Source: an uncultured Planctomycetaceae bacterium
GTDB taxonomy: Bacteria; Planctomycetota; Planctomycetia; Isosphaerales; Isosphaeraceae
Length of the DNA: 64,000 bases
Assembly (NCBI GenBank): GCA_963833985.1
Contig: CAWIAD010000002.1
Location: 4,064,001-4,128,000, forward strand
Reading direction: 5' to 3'
Under the pieces are notes generated by a model. It ran no database searches, was not told where the DNA came from, and saw nothing but the letters and a program-made list of their open reading frames with translations. The translations under genes were made by a program, and so were the position numbers. Within the stretch, counting starts at the first letter, position 1. Every line of letters begins with the position of its first letter. Shown one piece after another: positions 40,696-50,281 of this stretch.

Positions 40696-42072
40696 ATGGG
40701 CATTTCATGCAGGTCGATCGTTCTCGCGAACGCCGTTGCGATGCTGGTTGGGGCCGCTGGAGCACGCGCGGGAGACTGGCAGCCGCGTTACGAGCTGAAG
40801 CCGGGGATGGAGCTTTCCTACAAGGGATCAAGCACGTTCCGGCACCAGAGCGGCATGCACCTGACCGGCGACGAGATCACCGCCTGGGTGCTCCGCCGCA
40901 ACACCGACGGCAGCGTGCGGGTGGTGCTGCGCCAGGGGAGCCGGTTCACGGCAACCTCGGTGGCCGACACGGTCAAGAATCTGATCAAAAAACAGAACTC
41001 ACCGCCCATGGACTACAACTTCGCCGCCTTCGACCTCTTTCCCGACGGCCGCCTCGGGCCAGGCGCCCAACTGGGTTACCGGATCACGCCCTCGAGTGTC
41101 TTTCCGCGCCTTCCCGAGAGCGCATCGCAGGCTCAACTGGGCTGGGGGCAGCGCGAGGAGCCGATGGCTCAGGAGCGCCGCTACTCGGCTTTGAAATCCG
41201 AGCCCGACGGCTGGGTCTTCCATGGCGAGCGCGTCGGACCGGAGAACAAGCTCTATGGCATGACCGCGGCTTCCACCATTCACTTCGACGCCCACCGCGG
41301 CGTGGTGCGGCGGATCGATCATAAGTTCACCCAGGAATACGGCTTCAAGGGGAAGGGGACCGGTTCCATCGAGCTGACCGCCGTGGAGACCCGGGACGCC
41401 GCCTGGCTGGCATCGTTCGGGGCTGCGGCCGACCGCTACTTCGCCGCCAGCAAGGCGTACGAGCAAGCGACCGAGGCGGCCTCGAAAGATGCAGCCCGTT
41501 CGAAAACGCTTCTGGCCGAGGCCAAAGCCGCACTCGTGACGGCGCGTGAATCCGTTGCCGAACCGATCTTCCGCTCACAGCTTGACCGCGAGATTGCCGG
41601 GCACGAGAGCATGGCCAGCTACTACGCCGATGCGGCAAGGCGCCGGGCCGAGGTCATCGACAAGCCGGCCGCGGACTGGAAGCTGCAAGGCCTGGATGGC
41701 AAGCCGCACGCCCTGGCGGACTATCGCGGCAAGGTGGTGATCCTTGACTTCTGGTACCGCGGCTGCGGCTGGTGCATCAAGGCGATGCCACAGCTCAACG
41801 CCCTGGCTCAGGAGTTCGCGCAGCGCCCGGTTGCCGTGCTGGGCATGAACACTGACCGTGATGAGGCCGACACGAAGTTCGTGGTCGACGCGATGGGTCT
41901 CAAGTACGAGACCTTGTGCGCCGCGGGCGTCCCCGAGAAATATGGCGTCCAGGGTTTCCCGACATTGATCCTCATCGACCCGCAGGGTAAGGTGCGCGAC
42001 GTGCACGTGGGCTACTCGCCCACCCTCCGCGCCAGTCTGACCAGGCAGATCGAGGGTCTTCTGCCGAAGTGA
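40696..42072 (+). CDS. Exported TlpA-type thiol-disulfide oxidoreductase with large N-terminal domain
   Basis: GKVVILDFWYRGCGWC and YGVQGFPTLILID. Confidence 0.85.
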   Translation: MGISCRSIVLANAVAMLVGAAGARAGDWQPRYELKPGMELSYKGSSTFRHQSGMHLTGDEITAWVLRRNTDGSVRVVLRQGSRFTATSVADTVKNLIKKQNSPPMDYNFAAFDLFPDGRLGPGAQLGYRITPSSVFPRLPESASQAQLGWGQREEPMAQERRYSALKSEPDGWVFHGERVGPENKLYGMTAASTIHFDAHRGVVRRIDHKFTQEYGFKGKGTGSIELTAVETRDAAWLASFGAAADRYFAASKAYEQATEAASKDAARSKTLLAEAKAALVTARESVAEPIFRSQLDREIAGHESMASYYADAARRRAEVIDKPAADWKLQGLDGKPHALADYRGKVVILDFWYRGCGWCIKAMPQLNALAQEFAQRPVAVLGMNTDRDEADTKFVVDAMGLKYETLCAAGVPEKYGVQGFPTLILIDPQGKVRDVHVGYSPTLRASLTRQIEGLLPK

Positions 42073-42115
42073 CGCGGGCAGGCCCTCGAATCAGGGTTTC
42101 ACCGAGGATTGTATC

Positions 42116-43571
42116 GTGAAGAAGGGCGAGCATGTTGGGCCGTTGCAGTTCAATCTTGTGCGGCTGGTCACGGTCTCCGTGATGCTCGCGGCCGCCGGGG
42201 CACCCGCTCAGGAGGCGCAGCCATCGGCAACGGCCGTCCAGCCGCTTCGTGCCGATCTCTACAAGGAAACGCTGCGGCCCCAGTTCCACTTCACCGCGCG
42301 GCAGTGGACCACGCACAAGCTGAACCCGGGAATGCGCGAGGAGGGCTGGCTCAACGATCCCAACGGATTGGTGTTCTTTGATGGTGAGTATCACCTCTTC
42401 GCCCAGCGCTGGAACAAGTGCTGGATCCACGCCGTGAGCCGCGATCTGGTGCACTGGACCGAGTTGCAGCCGGCCTTCTGGGAAGACGACCGCTTCGGCT
42501 CGGGCGTGCAGTCAGGTGGGGCGGTGGTTGACTGGAAGAACTCATCGGGCCTGGCGCCCGCGGGCGGTCCGCCGCCCCTGGTGGCGTTCTGGGCGGGCAA
42601 CGACAACCGCAGCCAGTGCATCTCGTACAGCATTGACCGCGGCCGTACCTGGACCAAGTATGCCCGGAACCCGGTGCTGGTCCACCCCGAGCGCGACCCG
42701 AAGGTGTTCTGGCACGAGCCCACGCAGCGCTGGGTCATGGTGCTGTACGGCGGGGGTTCCTACCTGCTGTTCACCTCGGAAAACCTGCTGAGCTGGAGCG
42801 AGCTGAAGGATTCGATCCCGGAGAGCTATGAGTGCCCGGATATGTTCACGCTTCCTGTGGACCATGACCTGAATCAGAAGAAGTGGGTGCTGGTGCGCGG
42901 CAATGGCAAGTATTCGGTGGGCGAGTTCGACGGAACGAGATTCGCGCCCGAGACTCCCCAGCTACCCTGCGACCTGGGCCCGAACTTCTACGCCACGCAG
43001 TCGTGGGGTGAGATCGCGGGCCAGGAAGGCCGGCGCGTGCAGATTGCCTGGATGCGCGAAGGCAAGTACCCCGACATGCCATTCAACCAGCAGATGACCT
43101 TTCCCTGTGATCTGACCCTGCGCAGGGTCAACGGCTCGTACCGGGTGTTCCGCGCCGGTCCGCGAGATCGAAAGCATTCAGGGTCGCGAGCAAACCCGGA
43201 ACGACCTGCCCCTCACGCCCGGCCAGACGTTGCATCTCGATCCGCCGGGCAGTCTGTACCGCATCCTCGCCGACGTCGAGATCCCGAGCGGCTCAACGCT
43301 GGTCGTCTCCATCCGCGGCGCTTTGGTGCGACTCACTCACGGGGCCCTTGCGTGCCGGAGCGACCCCGCCGCCGTGATCGGGCCACTGCGATCGGTCGAG
43401 ATCCTCGTCGACCGGACCTCCATCGAGTGCTTCGGCAATGACGGCGAGGTCTCGCTCTCGGCCTGCTTTCTCCCCGCGAACGACCGGCTCGAGCTCGCCT
43501 GCGAGGGAGGGCCCGCGAGGGTCAGCCGCCTTCGCCTCATCGAACTGAAGTCGATCTGGAGCACGAGGTGA
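42116..43571 (+). CDS. Glycoside hydrolase family 32 (levanase/beta-fructosidase-like) (frameshift near 43152)
   Basis: WLNDPNG, RDPKV, ECPD and FYATQS; C-terminal VDRTSIECF in ORF 43230..43571. Confidence 0.9.
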
Positions 43572-43593
43572 GCGACGGGCACCGATTGCCTGG

Positions 43594-44475
43594 CTATCCC
43601 CTTCCTGTTTCCTGCGCCGATCGCAGCTCCCATACCTTTCCGTTTTTGATGAACACAAATCTCCAGTAAACTCCCGTCAGTCCAGCGCAGTTAATCCCAC
43701 AATCAACGAGAGCAGAGTTTAAATCATCCGAGAACACAATCGACTCAAAATCGATCCGGGGCTCGGGGTCGGAAGAGAAGAAGTTTCTCTGGCGAGCGGT
43801 CGTCCTCACGGCCTCGACAAAGTCAGTTTCCTTTACCTCTTGTTTAGGAACATAACGGCGTCCTTTGGGGAAGAGGTCAGCGTCGCCGGGGTCGCCAAGA
43901 AGTTCGAGCCAGCATAGGGCACGATCGCCGACGTGGGTGTCAGAGATGATGCGTCGCATCGCCGGGCGAAATCGCTTTTGATTACTGAAGAAGAAGCCAA
44001 AGGCTTGATCAAAATCCTCCGATGCGAGGATCTCGCGCAACCCCTGGTCGAACCTGGGCCCCTCAACGTAGGACAGTGAATGAAGCTTTTCCCGATCGAG
44101 CTGGGCCTCAATGGTAAGGTCACCATTCTCCTCTCCGAGGGTCACCAACATCAAGATACCATCATGCTGTTTCTTGATCCAGACGTCGACCTCCTTTTGA
44201 TCGTTGACCGCCGGGATTGAGAAGCGGCCATCCGGCCCTGATTGTACGGCCAGCTTTTTACCCATCTGACGATCGCCAGGCTGCTCGACCACCTCGATTG
44301 TCACGCCTGCGAAGGGGCGGCCGAGTCCATCGACGACCCGGCCAGAGAATTGCCGTTGTTTCGCGGCCGCCGGCCGAGCGGCCTCCTGAGCCTGGACGAG
44401 TTGAAACGGGGTCAAGGCCGTCACGAGCAGCCAGGCCAGCACGAAGGTCAGGGTGCTCCGCGCGTCCGGTTCCAT
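43594..44475 (-). CDS. Exported hypothetical protein with carboxypeptidase-regulatory-like domain
   Basis: Signal peptide; SGRVVDGLGRPFAGVTI...DGRFSI. Confidence 0.7.
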   Translation of the reverse strand: MEPDARSTLTFVLAWLLVTALTPFQLVQAQEAARPAAAKQRQFSGRVVDGLGRPFAGVTIEVVEQPGDRQMGKKLAVQSGPDGRFSIPAVNDQKEVDVWIKKQHDGILMLVTLGEENGDLTIEAQLDREKLHSLSYVEGPRFDQGLREILASEDFDQAFGFFFSNQKRFRPAMRRIISDTHVGDRALCWLELLGDPGDADLFPKGRRYVPKQEVKETDFVEAVRTTARQRNFFSSDPEPRIDFESIVFSDDLNSALVDCGINCAGLTGVYWRFVFIKNGKVWELRSAQETGRG

Positions 44476-44883
44476 GATGGCCCCCTCAAAGCATATGACT
44501 GTGGTCGGCAGGGCGTCAGTTCACTGCGGAGATCTTACTCACCAAACGGTCCTCGATTCCACTAAAATGAGTGCAGCAGCGCCCTGGGGCGGAACACGAG
44601 GAGCCGAAGCATCGCAGTGAGGTTCGCGGTAGGCTCAGCGGCCTCGCCTCAGAGTCTCCTTCACCCGATTATCGCACAGGCTGTGTACGCCACCCGCCCG
44701 CTGGCTGCCCGCATGAGCATGTGAACGTAGAGTTTATCATCGACTTTACAATGGGGAGAAAGCCTTTTGTACTTGCGAGGCGTTCCCCGCTTGCAGGAAC
44801 GACCAGCAAGCCCGAACGGGAGGAGGCCGTCTGCCTTTCTACCCCCGAGTGCCGTCGAATCCGGCGCAGGCCGGACTTTTTTG

Positions 44884-44913
44884 TTGACAGCGAGTGCGGG
44901 CCCGCGGTTCAAT
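44884..44913 (+). promoter_or_regulatory. Putative sigma70 promoter of the blaI-blaR1-like operon
   Basis: TTGACA-N18-TTCAAT about 36 bp upstream of the ATG. Confidence 0.4.
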
Positions 44914-44949
44914 AGCCAAAGACACGAAGGTTTTGATGCGATATCGGTC

Positions 44950-45360
44950 ATGGCAACACCTCCGAGCGATGTGACTGACACGGAGCTGGCGATCCTGGAG
45001 ACTCTCTGGGAGCGCGGGCCGTCGACGGTTCGTCAGCTTGCAGAGCGGATCTATCCGGGACGCGGGCCGGCGGCCAACCCCACGGTGCAGAAGCTGCTTG
45101 CGCGGCTGGAGGCCAAGAATTATGTCTCCCGCGACAGGAGTGGCGACCCGCATCGGTATTCGGCAACGGTCGATCGCGGCACATTGATCAGCGCCCGTCT
45201 CAGGGCTGTCGCCGAGGATCTGTGCGGAGGCTCAATGGGCTCACTTGTGACGCACCTGGTACAGACCGAAGCATTGAGTGCGGAGGACCGGAACGCCCTG
45301 CACCGGCTTGTGGACGAGTGGAAAGCCCGCAAGAAACCAGGTGACAGACGTGATTCTTGA
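44950..45360 (+). CDS. BlaI/MecI/CopY family transcriptional repressor
   Basis: TELAILETLWERGPSTVR, TVQKLLARLEAK and GGSMGSLVTHLV. Confidence 0.92.
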   Translation: MATPPSDVTDTELAILETLWERGPSTVRQLAERIYPGRGPAANPTVQKLLARLEAKNYVSRDRSGDPHRYSATVDRGTLISARLRAVAEDLCGGSMGSLVTHLVQTEALSAEDRNALHRLVDEWKARKKPGDRRDS

Positions 45361-45375
45361 TCTCGGGAGCCGGCC

Positions 45376-47824
45376 ATGGACACGGTGTTCCGCATCGTTC
45401 TCTCTAATATGGCTGTGTCACTGCTTCTCTCGCTGGCGGCAGCCGCGGCCGGGTTCCGCGGCCGGCGTCCGGCGCTGGCTCACGTGCTCTGGATCCTGGT
45501 CCTGGTGAAGCTGATCACTCCTCCTCTGGTCTGGATTGATCCGGCGGCCTGGCGATCGGCCGGATCCGCACATGCAACCGCAACGACGTCCCGGTCGTCA
45601 GACTTCACCCCGAGCCGGGTGGCCGCAGCTCCGTCGAAACAGGGTGCGTACCAGCCTGTGCTCTTCGGCTCGCCGGAATCGGAACGGAGGCTGCGATCAT
45701 CGCTTCCCGAGCGGCCGCGTGATTTACGGCGTACGATCGCTACCGGAATTCATTCCTCGGGCCGTTTCTTGACACTCGTACTCTGCCTGGCGATCGCATG
45801 TTTGTGGTGGACGTGGGTTGCGCGGCGGATTGCCGTGTTTCTGCGTCTCCTGCGCTGGGCCAGGCCGGCGCCCCGGGAAGTGCAGGTACGCGCAGGGCGG
45901 CTCGCTCAGATGTTGGGTCTGAACCGGTTGCCGGAGGTCTGGCTTGTGCCTGCCCAGATTTCGCCACTGCTCTGGTCAATTGGCATGCAGTCGAGGCTCT
46001 TACTGCCGGAGGCCCTCTGGGAAAGGCTCACCGAGGATCAGGCCGATACCCTCCTGGTTCATGAGCTTGCCCATTATCGCAGACGCGACCACTGGGTCCG
46101 CTTGCTGGAGATTGCCGTTGCCGGACTGCACTGGTGGAACCCGCTGCTCTGGTGGGCTCGGCGTTCGCTCCGCGCCGCCGAAGAGCAGTGCTGCGACGCG
46201 TGGGTCGTGCGCGTTTTTCCCGGACATGCCGAGGCGTACGCGACGGCGATCCTGGCGACCGTCGATCACCTTGCCGACGCCAGGGATCCGGCTCCGCTGG
46301 CAAGCACGGGACTGACCTCCGCGAACGAGCTGAAGCGACGGCTGCACCGCATCCTCAATGGCGCCCAGTCCGGACCAATCTCGCGGCCCTTGACGATTGT
46401 CGTCACGGGCCTTGCCCTCGTGGCTTTCGCGCTGGGCCCGACTTACCCAGGCCGTCCCTACTACAAGGCGACGAACCTCGATGGGTTCGGGAGGGAAGGA
46501 CTACCGGGGCATGCACTGGTCGCCACTGCGCTGAACGACCAAGGACAGGTGGCCGGGGGTTGGGCGAACCAGGACCCGCGCTTCCTGAACAGAACCGGTT
46601 TTCAGATCTGGCATCCGTTCCGAACACGCATTGGCGACGCGGCTGTCACTTCGAAGACCGATGACCTCTCACAGCTCTTCGTGGAACAACAGCGCACCTG
46701 GGTTCACGGGATGACCGCTCGCCTGAATCATCGAGGACAGATGCTCATCGAGGTCTATGGTCGAGTCGATCGCGAGGTCGGCCGCACCCCGTACTGGCAG
46801 GCGGAGATCCGACGCGGGTTCGTGATCGAGGGTCACCGAGTTCTTGAGCTTGCACCCGGAATGCACGTGAGCCCTGCGGCGATCAATGCCTGCGGCCAGA
46901 TCGTCGGCGCGGTCCGGATCGTTCAGGAGCGGCCGGTGCAACCAGGCAGTAGACCGGAGCAGCCTGGGCGTCTTCCCAGGACCTCCAGGGCGGCTTTTCG
47001 TATTCCTCCGGGAAAGACGCTCGATGTCTCCAGAGACAGTCTCGGGCATCTGGGCGGGCATCACCCGAAACTCGGGACCTACGCCTCCCGGGCCACGGAC
47101 ATCAACACGCTCGGGCAGGTGGTGGGAGATTCACTGGTTCCTGGCCCCGGTCCGCTCGTTGCACATGCATTCCGCACAGCTCCCAACGAGCCGATCAACC
47201 CGCTCACCGACGATCTGGGTGCATACGGGCCGGGCCTGAGTAGCTCGGCGAACGCCATCAATGACCTCGGTCAGGTGGCAGGATGGATCCAGATTCCCGA
47301 CCCTCAGCATGGCTTCGTCCAGCACGCATTCCGGACCGGCCCGAATCGACCGATCAGCCCATTGACCGACGACCTCGGGACCCTCGGCGGTCTCATCGAG
47401 CTCCGCACTGGACATCAACAATCGCGGCGACGTGGTGGGGTCATCGGACGTGGATAGCGTTGAAAGGCACGCCTTCCTCTACACCGGATCGGGCTTGATC
47501 GACCTGAACGACTGCATCGAGCTCGAACCCGGCTGGCATCTCGAATCTGCCTTCGACCTCATGGACGACGGCAGGATGCTGGCATCGGCCTCGAACAGCG
47601 AGGTTCGGCCCGGGCAGCCCGACCACCGCTCGTACCTGCTGACCCCAGCGCCAGAGCCCATCTCGATACTCGCCCTGTTCATAGGTATGGCCGCCACTGG
47701 ATCGAGCGCGGTGGTTCGAGCCGGCGCGTGCAAGGTCGACGCGCTACGTCGGCGAGCGGCCAGCCGTGCGGTCGCCTGCAACGTGCCACGCCCGCCATCG
47801 AAAGGAGGAAGCAGCTTCTCATGA
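45376..47824 (+). CDS. BlaR1-like M56 peptidase fused to HAF-repeat domain and PEP-CTERM-like tail (frameshift near 47393)
   Basis: LWILVLVKLITPP, HELAHYRRRDHW, EEQCCD; IN.LGQVVG...HAF repeats; LLTPAPEP + hydrophobic stretch + RRR in ORF 47432..47824. Confidence 0.82.
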
Positions 47825-48101
47825 TGAAATCGAGAATCCTGGAACGTGACTTCGGAACGGTCCCGTCAGGCTGACTTGTTCTCGAGCCAGGATTCTATTC
47901 ACAGCAGCCTGAGGATGGGCTCCCGCGCCGCAGATGCCGGTGCGACCGAATTGCGCCGTCGTTCGCTGACCGCGCCGGCGAACCCAGACCCGTGAAGCGG
48001 GCCCAGTCGCGGTGCGCGCTGCGCTTGTTCTCTGTTTCCCAGCTCCTTCCTTTGCGTGATAAGACAATTTCTCATTTGATCATCATCCAGGAGTTTTACG
48101 A

Positions 48102-50150
48102 ATGCTAGTCTTCAATCAAAGCAGGTTTGTACGTCCACGATCAATCATTCCAGGCTCGCGCATTCTCCGACAGCCCCGGCGGTCAGCGCGAGGCTTCACG
48201 CCGATTGTGGCAGCTCTTGAGGACCGCACCTTGCTGAGCACGATCACAGTCACAAGCGATGCAGACAGCGGCCCCGGTTCGCTTCGCGCGGCGCTGGCTG
48301 GTGCGACGTCAGGAGACTCGATTCAGTTTGCCGCCAGCGCCCGTGGAACCATCACGCTTTCAAGCGGTCCTCTGGAAGTGGCGACAGACGTCAGCATTAA
48401 CGGACCGGACCACGGCCAGGTCACGGTGAGCGGCAACGGTGCGTCGGGAGATTTCCTGGTCGACCAGGGGGTGTCGCCCACCATCAAGGGGTTGACGATT
48501 GCTCAGGGCAGCTCGCAGACCGGTGGGGGCGGCATCACCAACAATGGCACGCTGAACGTCGTTCGCTGCGATTTCGAGGGCAACAGCGGGGCAAACGGCG
48601 GCGGCGTCTACAGTACGGGGTCGCTCATGGTCAGTGGTTCCACATTCCAGGAAAACATCGGGACAGTCTACGGAGGGGCGGTGAACAGCACGGGGCCATT
48701 GGACGTCTCGGGCTCGCTATTCATCGGCAACTCGGCGATCCTCGGAGGGGCAATCGCAAGCTTATACGACGGAACCACCGTGACGAATAGCACCATCGAG
48801 GGGAACTCCGCGGGCGACGGAGGGGGTATTTACAGTACGGCGAGCTTGACGATCTCCGGCAGCTCCGTTGACAGTAACATGGCGGCCGGTGCCGGCGGCG
48901 GCGTTGATTCGGGGGGCGCACTGACGGTCGAGAACAGCTCGCTTGACAGGAACACGGCCAGCTCTCTCGGCGGAGGGATCAATCAGTACGGCGCCAACCT
49001 GACAGTGACGGATAGCTCGATCAATAACAATGCCGTGATCGCTCCCAGTGAAAACGCGTCGGATGGCGGCGGTATTTTCTTCTCGACTTCGGCCGCCGGC
49101 GGAAGCGCATCAATGACCGTCTCGAATTCGGTCTTCCGCGACAACCTGGTGCAGGGTGGATTTGTCTTCGGCGGCGCGATTGGAGTGCCGAGCTTCCTCA
49201 ACGCCGTCGTCTCGATCAGCCAGAGCGTTTTCCAGGGAAACGTGGCCAGCGGCGACCAGGGCAGCCAGGGCGGCGCGGTCGCCCTGGGAGCGTTTTACTC
49301 CCAGGCCACGATCAGTGATAGCATCTTCACCGGTAATCAGGCCGTCGCCACGTCCGGCACCACGAATCCCGGTGTGATCTCGAGCGGAGGCGCCATCTTC
49401 AACTCGGCCGGGCCTTTGTCCATTCGCAACAGTACGTTCACGAGCAATGACGCGATCGGCGGTCCAGGAGGTGGAGACGCCTTCGGCGGCGCAATCAATG
49501 ATATCTCGCCATCCGCACCGATCACGATCTCCTCATGTCTGCTGGCCAGCAACGCAGCCATTGGCGGCGATGGCTCGGTTTCCGGACCCGCGACTGCGGG
49601 CGGACTGGCCGTCGGGGGCGCGATGATTCTCGAGCTGGATTCACCGACGATCAGCAATACGACTTTCGTGGCCAACCAGTCCATCGGGGGCAATGCCAGC
49701 GTGGCCGGAGCGTACGCGGGTGCCGGCTTCGGAGGCGCAATTGGCAACGGATCATCGGGGCTCAAGATCCACGGCTCGACATTCTTCGGGAACCAGGCGC
49801 TCGGCGGCAACGGCTCGGGCGGGGCCACCGGCGGCGACGCGCAGGGAGGCGCCATCCAGAGCCAGGGCCCGCTGAGCATTGCCAACAGCAACATCCTCGC
49901 GAGCCAGGCCATCGGCGGCAACGGCGGGGGCAATGCCCAGGGTGCGGGTATCTACACCGCGGACACCATGGTCCTCACCAACGTGTTGATCACGGCCAAT
50001 GAGGCCATCGGCGGCGACGGGGGCCAGGGGATCGGCGGCGGTTTGTACATCGCGGGCGGATCGACGACGCTTTCAGGGCATACGCGAGTCAAAGGCAATC
50101 ACGCCTCGACCTCCCACGACAATATCTACGGCGCCTACACCACGAACTGA
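48102..50150 (+). CDS. Planctomycete extracellular beta-helix (Pmp/pectin-lyase-like) protein
   Basis: LEDRTLLS motif, DSGPGSLRAA and many GGA(I) / FxxN repeats. Confidence 0.85.
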   Translation: MLVFNQSRFVRPRSIIPGSRILRQPRRSARGFTPIVAALEDRTLLSTITVTSDADSGPGSLRAALAGATSGDSIQFAASARGTITLSSGPLEVATDVSINGPDHGQVTVSGNGASGDFLVDQGVSPTIKGLTIAQGSSQTGGGGITNNGTLNVVRCDFEGNSGANGGGVYSTGSLMVSGSTFQENIGTVYGGAVNSTGPLDVSGSLFIGNSAILGGAIASLYDGTTVTNSTIEGNSAGDGGGIYSTASLTISGSSVDSNMAAGAGGGVDSGGALTVENSSLDRNTASSLGGGINQYGANLTVTDSSINNNAVIAPSENASDGGGIFFSTSAAGGSASMTVSNSVFRDNLVQGGFVFGGAIGVPSFLNAVVSISQSVFQGNVASGDQGSQGGAVALGAFYSQATISDSIFTGNQAVATSGTTNPGVISSGGAIFNSAGPLSIRNSTFTSNDAIGGPGGGDAFGGAINDISPSAPITISSCLLASNAAIGGDGSVSGPATAGGLAVGGAMILELDSPTISNTTFVANQSIGGNASVAGAYAGAGFGGAIGNGSSGLKIHGSTFFGNQALGGNGSGGATGGDAQGGAIQSQGPLSIANSNILASQAIGGNGGGNAQGAGIYTADTMVLTNVLITANEAIGGDGGQGIGGGLYIAGGSTTLSGHTRVKGNHASTSHDNIYGAYTTN

Positions 50151-50186
50151 CGCGTTATCCGGTTCACCGGCTCTTCGAAGACAGCG

Positions 50187-50218
50187 AGCGCTCTGGGGAC
50201 GTTGCTCCCCAGAGCGCT
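50187..50218. terminator. Hairpin between convergent genes (possible bidirectional terminator)
   Basis: Perfect 13-bp stem AGCGCTCTGGGGA/TCCCCAGAGCGCT with 6-nt loop; no strong U tract. Confidence 0.55.
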
Positions 50219-50281
50219 TCGCCTCACCACGTCTTACCGCGGTCCGGCGGTCAGGATGCTCGCCTGGGTCAACTGTTACCG

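Noticed and set aside
44727..44771. Canonical BlaI operator upstream of the blaI-like gene
   Set aside because: Only weak imperfect dyads (GTAGAGT/ACTTTAC); no TACA-NN-TGTA box seen
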